A DNA stretch of 64,000 nt from positions 28,532 to 92,531 of IMG/VR virus record IMGVR_UViG_3300047557_001693; one strand, 5' to 3'. Source of the stretch: a virus (lineage: Duplodnaviria; Caudoviricetes). The notes under the pieces are model-generated. The model worked only from the letters and a program-made list of their open reading frames with translations, had not been told where the DNA came from and searched no databases. The position numbers and the translations under genes were made by a program. Below are positions 1 through 9,052 of this stretch, piece after piece (positions within the stretch are counted from its first letter, which is position 1; the number at the start of each line of letters is the position of its first letter).

Positions 1-2
1 AA

Positions 3-1253
3 ATGATATTAAATCTTAAAAATGATATTGCATCACTTAATCCTTTAGGATTATCATCAATAAGTTCTTCACCTACTATAAATCCAACAACAATTACATT
101 AGTTTCTCCTACAGGTCAAGAAGTTGCTTATAATAATAAATTATTTAAAATACAAAAGCATACATATGTTTCTGCAACAAATATATTAACATTTGGAAAT
201 GTGGCAACATTTACTCATTTTCAATTATCTATATCAGGTTTAGGAACTATAGCTGATGTTCAAATAAACAGTGCTATAACACCTTCAATACTTGCAACAA
301 TTGTTGCTCTTAATATTAATAATTCTGGAACAGGATTAACTGCAACAAAAGTTGGTAGTGTAGTAACAGTAACTGCTCCTCCATTTACAGGAGGATCGTT
401 TAACGGTGTTCCTATTAGAATAACTACAATTAATACTCCACCATATAATGCAGGTAGTGTTGTAATAAATAGTACTACATATCTAACAACTGCTAATTGG
501 GCTGATTCTCCTATTACTGGTGCTATTTTTGCAGGAGGACAAAGTTTTCCACCTACGTTAATTAAACAAATACCATTTACAGGTGGAGTAAATCAAATAA
601 CTACCTCAAAAGTTAGATTTAGATCACCATTACAACCAACAACTTCTCCACAATATGGAACAGGTAATTGGGCATATAATTCTCAATTTTTATCATATAA
701 TTATAATTTTGGAGATTATGTATTTAATGGTGTTTATTCAGGTGGTATAGATCCTACTGTAGGAAAACTTAAAGTAGAAGTTTTAACTTCAGGTTTAAAT
801 CCTTTACCACCTCCCTTAATTTCAAACTTATATACTGATTCAACTCCTCAAAACTATTTAAGTAGACAATTGTTAGTTAATATATTTAATAATACAAATT
901 CATTTCCAAATAACTTTCAAATTAATTTACTTAATCCATCAAGTTCTGTTTGTACTATACAATCACCACCTACTAGTTTTGATTATTTTAATACTCACGT
1001 ATTTAGATATTCTTATGAATATGTATCTTCACAATCTATAGGTGGTCAATATGCAGATTATGTAGATGTAACTACAACATTTAGTGGTGGTGTAGATCCT
1101 GTATTAACTCCATATGAAGGTGAATTTCAATCAGGTGATATTGGTACATTTGTAACAGATAATCCTTGTGAACCTGTAGTTGTAGAACAAGAATGTTTAT
1201 CTAACAATGATATAATTAGTATTATTAAGCATATAGATAAAATAGTAAGATAA
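3..1253 (+). CDS. Phage tail/structural protein (5'-truncated)
   Basis: ORF open from the window edge; T/S/G/P-rich beta-type sequence with repeated F-x-GG motifs; C-terminal 'ECLSNNDIISIIKHID' helix; directly upstream of the fibre genes. Confidence 0.55.
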   Translation: MILNLKNDIASLNPLGLSSISSSPTINPTTITLVSPTGQEVAYNNKLFKIQKHTYVSATNILTFGNVATFTHFQLSISGLGTIADVQINSAITPSILATIVALNINNSGTGLTATKVGSVVTVTAPPFTGGSFNGVPIRITTINTPPYNAGSVVINSTTYLTTANWADSPITGAIFAGGQSFPPTLIKQIPFTGGVNQITTSKVRFRSPLQPTTSPQYGTGNWAYNSQFLSYNYNFGDYVFNGVYSGGIDPTVGKLKVEVLTSGLNPLPPPLISNLYTDSTPQNYLSRQLLVNIFNNTNSFPNNFQINLLNPSSSVCTIQSPPTSFDYFNTHVFRYSYEYVSSQSIGGQYADYVDVTTTFSGGVDPVLTPYEGEFQSGDIGTFVTDNPCEPVVVEQECLSNNDIISIIKHIDKIVR

Positions 1254-1254
1254 T

Positions 1255-2988
1255 ATGCCATTTTTTGGAAACAAAAGAAAAGACTTTAGTATTCAACCTC
1301 CTACACAGCAGGTTAATGCTACTCCTTTCTTTGTAACAGATAGTGCTAATATTGATTTTACTTTAAATAATTTAAACTTATCAGCAAACCTAACTTTAAC
1401 AGGTGTTATAGCAGGAACTTATGGTAGCAGTACTCAAGTTCCTGTTTTACAAATAGATCAATGGGGTAGAATAACAGGAGTTACTTTACAAACTATATCT
1501 TCTTCAGGATTAGCATTAGAAACTAATGGTACACCTAATGGTGATCAAACACTATTAAATCTTGTTGCAGGTACTAATATGACTATAACTGATGATGGTT
1601 TAGGTAATATTACTTTTGATGCAACTGGTGGTGGAGGTTCAGGAACTGTAACTTCTGTTGGTGTTACTGCAGGTACAGGTATATCTGCATCAGTTACTAA
1701 TCCTACAACTACACCTAATATTACAATAACTAATACTGCTCCTGATCAAACTGTAACTCTTACAGCAGGTACTGGTATATCTGTAAGTGGTACTTATCCA
1801 AGTTTTACTATAAGTTCTACAGTAACTGGTGGAATACCTAAAGGAACTGCATCAGGTACTGACACATATACTACAACTATAAGCGGTGTTACATCTTATA
1901 ATGATGGAGATGCATATCTTATTAGGTTTACTAATGGGAATACTACAGGATGTACTTTAAACATAAACTCATTAGGAGCAAAAACACTTTACAGAAACAA
2001 TGATGGTGCATTAATAGGTGGAGATATAATATCAGGAGCAGAAATGCTTTGTGTTTATAATTCTACGTTAAATGGATTTCAGACTATTGGTACAGCTCCT
2101 AATACGCTTCTTGGTTATGTTACTAATGATGATTCTGTAACCATAACAAAAGGTCAAGTTGTTTATGCTTTTGGTGGCCAAGGAGATAGAATGACTGTCA
2201 AGTTAGCCAATAATACATCTGATGCTACATCAGCAAGAACAGTAGGTGTTGTATTATCTACATCAATAGCTGCAAATCAAAAAGGGCTTATAATGATGCA
2301 AGGATTGTTGGATGGGTTAAATATACTTCCAACAGCAACTTGGTCTGATGGTGATCCTGTATACTTAGGGGCAACAGCAGGGTCTATTACAAAAGTAAAA
2401 CCATATGCTCCAAATCACTTAGTTTATGTTGGAATAGTTACTACAGCGAGTAATGGTTCAGCAGGTAGAATGTATGTAAATATTCAGAATGGCTATGAGC
2501 TTGATGAACTGCACAATGTACAAGCACAATCACCAAGTCTTAATGATACTCTGTATTATGACAGCACTGTTTCTCCTGGTCAATGGAAGACAACAAGTGT
2601 AAATACATTATTAAATACAAGTATTAAAACAGGCTCTTGCGGTGTTACATTTGATGGAGGAGGACAGGTTATACAAACTAAAACTGCATATGTTCAAGTT
2701 CCTTATAACGGAACACTAACAAGTTGGACATTAGTAGCAGATGTATCAGGTAGTTGCACTATAACTGTATTTAAAGACACTTATGCTAACTACCCACCGA
2801 CAACGCCTACAGATAATGTTTATACAGTTCAACCAGCATTATCATCTGCAATTAGAAATCAAAACTTGAGTCCAACATATGTAGGCTCACAAGCAACTGT
2901 AACAGCAGGAGATTACATAGGGTTTACTATATCTGCTATTACTACTATTACTTGGGCTAACTTAACAATACAAATAACAAAGACATGA
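1255..2988 (+). CDS. Tail fibre protein
   Basis: Fibre-shaft motifs 'GVIAGTYGSSTQVPVLQIDQWGRIT', repeated 'TAGTGIS' units and 'NGYELDELHNV'; T/G-rich. Confidence 0.75.
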   Translation: MPFFGNKRKDFSIQPPTQQVNATPFFVTDSANIDFTLNNLNLSANLTLTGVIAGTYGSSTQVPVLQIDQWGRITGVTLQTISSSGLALETNGTPNGDQTLLNLVAGTNMTITDDGLGNITFDATGGGGSGTVTSVGVTAGTGISASVTNPTTTPNITITNTAPDQTVTLTAGTGISVSGTYPSFTISSTVTGGIPKGTASGTDTYTTTISGVTSYNDGDAYLIRFTNGNTTGCTLNINSLGAKTLYRNNDGALIGGDIISGAEMLCVYNSTLNGFQTIGTAPNTLLGYVTNDDSVTITKGQVVYAFGGQGDRMTVKLANNTSDATSARTVGVVLSTSIAANQKGLIMMQGLLDGLNILPTATWSDGDPVYLGATAGSITKVKPYAPNHLVYVGIVTTASNGSAGRMYVNIQNGYELDELHNVQAQSPSLNDTLYYDSTVSPGQWKTTSVNTLLNTSIKTGSCGVTFDGGGQVIQTKTAYVQVPYNGTLTSWTLVADVSGSCTITVFKDTYANYPPTTPTDNVYTVQPALSSAIRNQNLSPTYVGSQATVTAGDYIGFTISAITTITWANLTIQITKT

Positions 2989-3230
2989 CATATAAAATTA
3001 TATCTACACGCACAACACCTGATGGTGTTTTATTTGCAAATGTTGAATATAACTTTGATGGATATATTTATACAGCAGAGATTCCTATTCCTGTTCCATT
3101 GAATGAACAACAAATAACTGAAAGCATTGTAAATCATGGCAAAAGTGAACAATGGAGAAGAGAGGCTATTGCCAACCTTCCTAACATAGTTGCATCATTA
3201 CCATTGAATCAAGAAATAGTTATTGAGTAA
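2985..3230 (+). CDS. Small fibre-associated protein (possible chaperone)
   Basis: 81 aa, overlapping both fibre genes (ATGA and TAATG junctions). Confidence 0.5.
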   Translation: MTYKIISTRTTPDGVLFANVEYNFDGYIYTAEIPIPVPLNEQQITESIVNHGKSEQWRREAIANLPNIVASLPLNQEIVIE

Positions 3231-4951
3231 TGGCTTTAAGATATTGGGTAGGAGGTACTGGTAATTGGGATGCAGCAAATACTGCAAACTGGTCTGCTAC
3301 ATCTGGTGGTGCAGGAGGCGCTTCTGTTCCAATAGTATCTGATGATGTATTCTTTGATGGAAATTCTGGTACTGGAACTGTAACTCTTACTGCAGCAGCA
3401 GTTGTAGGAACAATAGATTTTACAGGCTATACAGGAACGTTTAGATTTGGTGCAAATTTAACTTCTGGTAATACAACATTAGGCACAGGTACTACCTATA
3501 CTACAAATGCTACAGTTACATCTTATAATTTTTCACCAAGAAATATTAACTCCACCTTTACAGCTAATGGTAAAATATTACCTGTAAATTTAAGTACTGG
3601 AGGTATGAGTGGAGGTAATACATTAACCTTTGCTGGAAATGCAGATTTTCAAGGTAATTTAATAACTAACACAGCTACACATAATTATAAAGCTGCTACA
3701 GGAACTACAATTGATTTAAGGATTGGAGGCAATATTGATATTAGAGCTATGCTTACCAATGCTACTGACCATGTTACGATTAAGGGATATGGTACTTCAA
3801 AAACATTTATTGCATCAGGTGGGGTTGCTACTAATTTAAGAGTTTCATTTGTGTCTGGAAGCACATATACATCTGGTAGTAGTGGAAATATTGGAACTGG
3901 AAATCATTTCTTTACAGTAGAATCTGGAGGTCAATTTACGGCTGTTTCTACACATACATTTAGTAATGTAGGAACATTAACTTTATCAGGATTTAATGCT
4001 TCAAATAATTCAGACTTCATAGCTTATGTGCAAGGAACATTGTCGTTAGCAACAGATACTGTTATTAAATCATTTATAAGAATTGATGGTCCAATGGTTA
4101 TCACATCAACAGGTGGTTCAAGATTATTATTGGAAGGAAATTGGAATCATTCAAATACATCAAACTGCACAATAGATATATTAGAATTTAGTGGTACAAC
4201 AACAAGTACAGTAACAACTTGGACAAATACTACAACTATTCAAGTTAAGAGTTTAATAATAAATAAAACAGGTGGTGGTAGTGTAGTATTTAATCCTGCT
4301 AATCCATTATATCCATTTAGATTGTTTATTCCAGCAGGATCAATATATTCTTGGACTCATACATCTGGTACAGTTACTCAAAGCAGTACATCTGTAATAT
4401 TTATAAGTGGAAATGCTGTTACTTCACAACTTAACTATTCATGTGCAGTTCCTTCTTTTAAGTTTTCTTATTTAGAAATAAATACAGGAACACTAAATTT
4501 AAGTTCAACACTAAACTGTGCATTACTTAGATTATCACTTGCGTCAAATACAACATTTACATCTCCAACAACATTTGGATTTACAGTAGATAGACTTCAA
4601 GCAATTAATACATCAAGTGCATTAAGAATTATTGTATTAAAATCAGCAGTTACATATAGCATATTGAATGATTTACTTATGCTTGGAGGTGGACCTTTTG
4701 GTTCTATATCATTACTTGCATCAACAGCACCAACTAAAGCAATATTTAATTTAGAAAATACAGCTCAACAGCAAGTTGAATTAGTTAATCCAACAAACAT
4801 AGACTCATCAGGTAACAATGGTGTTGGTAGTCCAATAAAGCAGACTATTTATACTTTTAATGGAACCATTACAACTACCTTCAATTGGGGAACGGGTATA
4901 GCTCCTGTACCTTCAACTGCTGCAACTGTTGGATATACCTTTGTAAATTAA
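3230..4951 (+). CDS. Tail spike / receptor-binding beta-helix protein
   Basis: N-terminal 'RYWVGGTGNWD..NWSATSGGAGGASVP..DDVFFD' motif of phage and adhesin beta-helix proteins; T/G/S/N-rich body. Confidence 0.65.
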   Translation: MALRYWVGGTGNWDAANTANWSATSGGAGGASVPIVSDDVFFDGNSGTGTVTLTAAAVVGTIDFTGYTGTFRFGANLTSGNTTLGTGTTYTTNATVTSYNFSPRNINSTFTANGKILPVNLSTGGMSGGNTLTFAGNADFQGNLITNTATHNYKAATGTTIDLRIGGNIDIRAMLTNATDHVTIKGYGTSKTFIASGGVATNLRVSFVSGSTYTSGSSGNIGTGNHFFTVESGGQFTAVSTHTFSNVGTLTLSGFNASNNSDFIAYVQGTLSLATDTVIKSFIRIDGPMVITSTGGSRLLLEGNWNHSNTSNCTIDILEFSGTTTSTVTTWTNTTTIQVKSLIINKTGGGSVVFNPANPLYPFRLFIPAGSIYSWTHTSGTVTQSSTSVIFISGNAVTSQLNYSCAVPSFKFSYLEINTGTLNLSSTLNCALLRLSLASNTTFTSPTTFGFTVDRLQAINTSSALRIIVLKSAVTYSILNDLLMLGGGPFGSISLLASTAPTKAIFNLENTAQQQVELVNPTNIDSSGNNGVGSPIKQTIYTFNGTITTTFNWGTGIAPVPSTAATVGYTFVN

Positions 4952-4957
4952 TTAACT

Positions 4958-5416
4958 ATGACTAAAATAACTAAAACAAGTAAAAAAGGTGTAGACCTTA
5001 TTAAAAAGTATGAAGGATTTAGTTCTAAACCATACCTCTGTCCTGCTAATGTAGCTACAATTGGTTTTGGTGCAACATTCTATCCTGATGGCACTAAAGT
5101 TAAATTAACTGATGATCCAATAAATGAAGCTGTTGCTGAGGTTATTCTAAAGAAACATTTAGAAAAATTTGAGCAATATGTAGATAGTTATTGTACAGAT
5201 GCTTTAAATCAAAATCAATTTGATGCATTAGTATCTTTTTGTTTTAATCTTGGTCCAGCTAATCTTAAAGCTAGTACATTATTAAAGAAAGTAAATGCTA
5301 ATCCAAATGATCCTACTATAAGAACTGAGTTTATGAAGTGGGTAAAAGCAGGTGGTAAAACTCTTAAAGGTCTAGTTAGAAGAAGAGAAGAAGAAGCAAG
5401 TTTATACTTTAGTTAG
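4958..5416 (+). CDS. Lysozyme, GH24 (T4/P21-like) endolysin
   Basis: 'IKKYEGF..KPYLCPANVATIGFGAT', 'NQNQFDALVSFCFNLG' and 'GLVRRREEEASLY' motifs. Confidence 0.92.
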   Translation: MTKITKTSKKGVDLIKKYEGFSSKPYLCPANVATIGFGATFYPDGTKVKLTDDPINEAVAEVILKKHLEKFEQYVDSYCTDALNQNQFDALVSFCFNLGPANLKASTLLKKVNANPNDPTIRTEFMKWVKAGGKTLKGLVRRREEEASLYFS

Positions 5417-5424
5417 TATATTTG
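5417..5424 (+). promoter_or_regulatory. Bacteroidota sigma70 -7 element (TAnnTTTG)
   Basis: TATATTTG ending 5 nt before the ATG at 5430; possibly a leaderless transcript. Confidence 0.6.
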
Positions 5425-5429
5425 TATAT

Positions 5430-6782
5430 ATGATTAGGTATATTTTAATTATACTATTTATATATACTAAAGTATATTCACAAGGTTCTAATACTTGTAC
5501 AGGTGCTGCAGCTAATCCTGTAACTTTACCATTCTTTACTAATAATCAAACTACTTGTGGTGATTTAAATGATTATACAGGAAGTAATCCATGTATATTT
5601 ACAACCACAGGTAATTATTATGGTGGACAAGATTGGTTATATAGTTTTGTTCCACCTCAAGATGGTTATATAAATATTGTTCTTAATGATGTACAACCAG
5701 CTACAAATACATATCCAACACTTGTATTATCAAGTGCATGTCCTGGAACTGCAGGAGCATGTATGGGATTTTCAATATATAATCCAGCAACTAGTAATGC
5801 ATCTATAGTTGAATATGTACAAGGAGGTCAAACTTACTTTGTTTTAGTAGATACTTATGTTTGGGGAAATATATTTTCAAACTGTTATCAATTTGATTTA
5901 AATATTCAATTTACTCCTGTACCAGTTCAACCTGCTTGTACTAATATTGGATTTAGTAATAACAATTTTACAGGATGGTTTGGTACAACAGGTTTATCTA
6001 CAAGAGCATACATTGGTGCACCAACACCTAATTATGATGCAACAGCATTAGGTATAGTTAATGGAAGACATACTATAATGACAGGTGGTAATGATCCTTG
6101 TGCAGGATTTCCAAGAGTAGATCCATTAGGTGGACCATTTTCTGTTAGATTAGGAGATGCTAATGTTAATTCTCAAGCAGAACAATTAACACAAACATTT
6201 ATGGTAACTAATACTAATAATAGTTTTACATATAGATATGCTGTAGTGTTTGAAGATCCTGGTCATACATCTAATGAACAACCTTTTTTTAGAGCATTAT
6301 TAAGAGATCAGAATGGTAATGTTATTCCATGTTCAGAATTTGTAGTATCTGCTGCTGGTAATTTACCTGGATTTTTTAACTCACCAAACTGTACAGGAGT
6401 TAGATATAAACCTTGGAGTACAGTAAATGTAGACCTAGATAACTATATAGGACAAGCAGTTACAGCAGAATTTACTACAGGAGATTGTACTCAAAGTGCA
6501 CACTATGGTTATGCTTATATAGATGCTGCATGTTCACAATCATTTTTAGATGCATATCCTGATACTATATGTGTAGGAGAAACTATAACATTAACTGCAC
6601 CTAATGGTTATCAATCTTATCAATGGTTACCTACTAATCAAACTACACAAAGTATTAATGTTACACCATCTGTAAGTACAAATTATCAATTAAATTTAGT
6701 ATCATTTAATGGATGTGTTAGAACAGTTCAGTTACCCATTGTAGTTGTACCAGATCCTACTGCTGCTATATACACAAACTAG
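5430..6782 (+). CDS. Secreted SprB-like / T9SS-cargo-like adhesin domain protein lacking a CTD
   Basis: Sec signal ending VYS|Q; Cys-paired domains 'SVRLGD..AEQL..TF.VT...FTYRYAVVFEDPGH...QPFF' and 'TTGDC...HYGYAYIDAAC'; Ig-like repeat 'TICVGETITLTAP.GYQSYQW..T.Q.TQSI.VTP'. These resemble Bacteroidota gliding-motility-associated proteins. Confidence 0.75.
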   Translation: MIRYILIILFIYTKVYSQGSNTCTGAAANPVTLPFFTNNQTTCGDLNDYTGSNPCIFTTTGNYYGGQDWLYSFVPPQDGYINIVLNDVQPATNTYPTLVLSSACPGTAGACMGFSIYNPATSNASIVEYVQGGQTYFVLVDTYVWGNIFSNCYQFDLNIQFTPVPVQPACTNIGFSNNNFTGWFGTTGLSTRAYIGAPTPNYDATALGIVNGRHTIMTGGNDPCAGFPRVDPLGGPFSVRLGDANVNSQAEQLTQTFMVTNTNNSFTYRYAVVFEDPGHTSNEQPFFRALLRDQNGNVIPCSEFVVSAAGNLPGFFNSPNCTGVRYKPWSTVNVDLDNYIGQAVTAEFTTGDCTQSAHYGYAYIDAACSQSFLDAYPDTICVGETITLTAPNGYQSYQWLPTNQTTQSINVTPSVSTNYQLNLVSFNGCVRTVQLPIVVVPDPTAAIYTN

Positions 6783-6808
6783 GTACAATAAGTAGTATAA
6801 TTTTTGCT

Positions 6809-6816
6809 TATATTTG
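6809..6816 (+). promoter_or_regulatory. Bacteroidota -7 promoter element
   Basis: TATATTTG(CA) in the 81-nt intergenic gap upstream of 6864. Confidence 0.6.
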
Positions 6817-6863
6817 CAGTGAAATAAGGTGTTTCATAAGATATACGATGTAATATTTATCTT

Positions 6864-7331
6864 ATGAAATACAAATTTTTAATATCATTTTTTGCAATAT
6901 TACTGTTTTCAGTAGGAAGTTCTCCAGAACCTTTTACAAAAGGTGATGTAAGAATTGTACCTATTATTGAGAATGAAGATCTAGGTCCTAAGTATTGGTA
7001 CATAAGGACTATTAAACTGTATTATAAAGATAAATTACCTCATGGGATAGAACTTAGAAAAGGTCCTCCTTTGGATTCTTATTGTTCTGATGAGACTGAT
7101 TTAACATTTTACTCTAACTCTGATTCATTAACTATCAAGAGTCATAGTAGACTTTCTTGTGAAATATTAGCAATGTATAACTTGTCAGAAAAAGAGTCTG
7201 ATTGGTTAAAATCTCATTTAGTATATAGATTAAAAATATACAATATAGTTACTGAAAATAAGTATTATATCTATGTAGATAATGTATCTTATTTTAAGGA
7301 TTTATTTAACAAATATAATGTAAACTATTAG
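6864..7331 (+). CDS. Exported hypothetical protein
   Basis: N-terminal signal peptide MKYKFLISFFAILLFSVGSS; no recognisable domain. Confidence 0.6.
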   Translation: MKYKFLISFFAILLFSVGSSPEPFTKGDVRIVPIIENEDLGPKYWYIRTIKLYYKDKLPHGIELRKGPPLDSYCSDETDLTFYSNSDSLTIKSHSRLSCEILAMYNLSEKESDWLKSHLVYRLKIYNIVTENKYYIYVDNVSYFKDLFNKYNVNY

Positions 7332-7357
7332 GTATAAATGGTAATCTGTATATTAAG

Positions 7358-7365
7358 TATATTTG
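7358..7365 (+). promoter_or_regulatory. Bacteroidota -7 promoter element
   Basis: TATATTTG 14 nt before the ATG at 7380, supporting 7380 rather than 7338 as the start. Confidence 0.6.
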
Positions 7366-7379
7366 TTAAAAGATTTGTT

Positions 7380-7940
7380 ATGAAAAATTTGTTTTTGTCA
7401 TTATTTTTTATATTGTTAACTATAACAGTATTTGGACAGGTACCAACACCTAATATTGCTGATGGACAAGTAGTATGTCCTAATGCAGTACATTTCTATG
7501 GAGATCAAGTAATTAACCCTACTTCAACATATACATTTAACATTTTACCTCCACAAGCATTTACTGTTGTTGGACAACAAATACAAGTTACTTGGTTAAC
7601 ACCTGGAGTATACACTATGACTATGACAGAAACTAATGCAGCAGGTTGTCAATTTGTAACAGTAGCTAATATAACTGTACAACCTAATGTTATTGCTACA
7701 ATAGACCCTATAGTATTATGTCAAGATGGTGGTAATGTAACTATTACAGGACAAAATCTTGGTACTAATCCTATATTTAATGGACCTGGAGTATCAGGAA
7801 ATACTTTTAACCCTGCAGGATTAGCTCCTGGAACTTATAATATAACTGTTGTTTCTCAGACTGCAAATGGCTGTTCTATTACTGGAGCAGGTACTGCAAC
7901 TGTAGAACCTTTACCTACTGGAATAATATATACTGACTAA
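7380..7940 (+). CDS. Secreted two-Ig/PKD-like domain protein (SprB-repeat-like) lacking a CTD
   Basis: Signal MKNLFLSLFFILLTITVFG|Q; 'VTWLTPGVYTMTMTETNAAGC' and 'GPGVSGNTFNP..LAPGTYNIT....NGCS' repeats; ends 'PLPTGIIYTD'. Confidence 0.75.
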   Translation: MKNLFLSLFFILLTITVFGQVPTPNIADGQVVCPNAVHFYGDQVINPTSTYTFNILPPQAFTVVGQQIQVTWLTPGVYTMTMTETNAAGCQFVTVANITVQPNVIATIDPIVLCQDGGNVTITGQNLGTNPIFNGPGVSGNTFNPAGLAPGTYNITVVSQTANGCSITGAGTATVEPLPTGIIYTD

Positions 7941-8491
7941 TGAAATATACACTACTTACATTATTGATAAGTATGAATCTCATGGCACAAACAACATATG
8001 AATTATGTGATTCATATATTCAGAAGGAAATAAGAGCAAACACTTCAGCACAATCTATAAACTGGAGTGTTTCCCCTTTAATACCTTATCAAGTTAATGA
8101 TGATGTTATGACAATAACTATCAGTGACTTGGGTACATATGTAATTACTGCTACTTTTAGCAATGGTTATTGTTATACTAAAGACTTATTAGTATTACAA
8201 ATCATTGAATGTAAGGAAAGTTTTTTATGGATACCTAATTCATTTACACCTAATGATGATAGAGTTAATGATACATTTGGTGCTTATGGAATTAACATTA
8301 AAGATTTTAAACTTACTATCTGGAATAGATGGGGAGAATTACTTTTTGTAAGTAATGATTTAAACAATAGATGGGATGGTACATACAAAGGTGAAATTTG
8401 CCAAGATGATGTCTATACCTATAAACTTAGTTATAAAGATGTAAACAATAAACAATACACCAAATTTGGTAGAGTAACACTTTTTAAATAA
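7940..8491 (+). CDS. T9SS type B sorting domain protein (gliding motility-associated C-terminal domain, CHU_C)
   Basis: Signal ending LMA|Q; one Ig-like domain, then 'LWIPNSFTPNDDRVNDTF...LTIWNRWGELLF......WDGTYKG...DDVYTYKL.........GRVTLFK', the canonical type B CTD. Confidence 0.9.
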   Translation: MKYTLLTLLISMNLMAQTTYELCDSYIQKEIRANTSAQSINWSVSPLIPYQVNDDVMTITISDLGTYVITATFSNGYCYTKDLLVLQIIECKESFLWIPNSFTPNDDRVNDTFGAYGINIKDFKLTIWNRWGELLFVSNDLNNRWDGTYKGEICQDDVYTYKLSYKDVNNKQYTKFGRVTLFK

Positions 8492-8499
8492 CCTAACTT

Positions 8500-8808
8500 A
8501 TGAATCAACCAATTCTTTTAGCTTTAATTGCACTAGGTTCAGCTGTAGTAACTACAATTGTACCTAGATTATTTAGTAAAAAGAAAGATACAGTAGATAT
8601 GCTTGCTGAAATTCAAGATAAACTATATAGTGAAATAGATAGACTTGAAAAAAAGATTACTATTCTTGAACAAAGAGAACATGAAGCATATCTATTAGAA
8701 GAAAAATTAGTTAAAAGAATAGCAGAATTAGAACAAGAAAATATAAGACAAGCAAATGAAATTCAACAACTTAAAGCAGAACTTGAGAAATATGTCAAAA
8801 ATAGTTAA
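8500..8808 (+). CDS. Membrane-anchored coiled-coil protein (holin/antiholin candidate)
   Basis: N-terminal hydrophobic helix followed by a heptad coiled coil; in the lysis cluster. Confidence 0.5.
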   Translation: MNQPILLALIALGSAVVTTIVPRLFSKKKDTVDMLAEIQDKLYSEIDRLEKKITILEQREHEAYLLEEKLVKRIAELEQENIRQANEIQQLKAELEKYVKNS

Positions 8809-9052
8809 GAACTCTTTCATTGAATCTTTTAAAGGAAACAATGGTAAGATAGATCATAAAAGATTAACTGTATTTGCATTTGTAATAGGATTCTTTATTA
8901 CAACAGGAATTATACTTTATAAAAAAAATCAAATACCTAATTCAGAATTAGTAGAAATAGTATTAATAACAATGACATCTGTTATACTAGGAGGGATGGG
9001 TTTGACTAAAATAAAAACAAAAATAGAAAAACAGACAGAAAATGAAACTTAG
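8792..9052 (+). CDS. Holin candidate (two TM helices)
   Basis: Two hydrophobic segments and a basic C-terminus; overlaps the M15 endolysin start. The ATG at 8792 is preferred over 8756. Confidence 0.6.
   Translation: MSKIVKNSFIESFKGNNGKIDHKRLTVFAFVIGFFITTGIILYKKNQIPNSELVEIVLITMTSVILGGMGLTKIKTKIEKQTENET

Noticed and set aside
1669-1783. Near-identical 19-nt direct repeat (gcaggtac[a/t]ggtatatctg) in the fibre gene
   Set aside because: It encodes the ordinary AGTGIS fibre-shaft repeat; no invertase or variable-cassette arrangement nearby.
4958-7331. Three consecutive genes end in TAG, suggesting TAG-to-Gln recoding (known in some crAss-like phages) that might fuse the adhesin pieces
   Set aside because: Read-through gives no fusion: after 6782 the frame reads GTA CAA TAA, after 7331 GTA TAA, and the lysozyme frame differs from that of 5430. 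The giant ORFs are intact in the standard code.
7338-7379. Upstream ATG given by the ORF track for the 200-aa protein
   Set aside because: The extension overlaps the -7 promoter element; the ATG at 7380 gives a clean signal peptide.
5430-8491. T9SS cluster as a decayed pseudogene or host contamination
   Set aside because: Each piece has its own signal peptide, three of the four have a promoter element, two share a conserved C-terminus, and composition and tight packing match the phage. Not fully excluded without read data.
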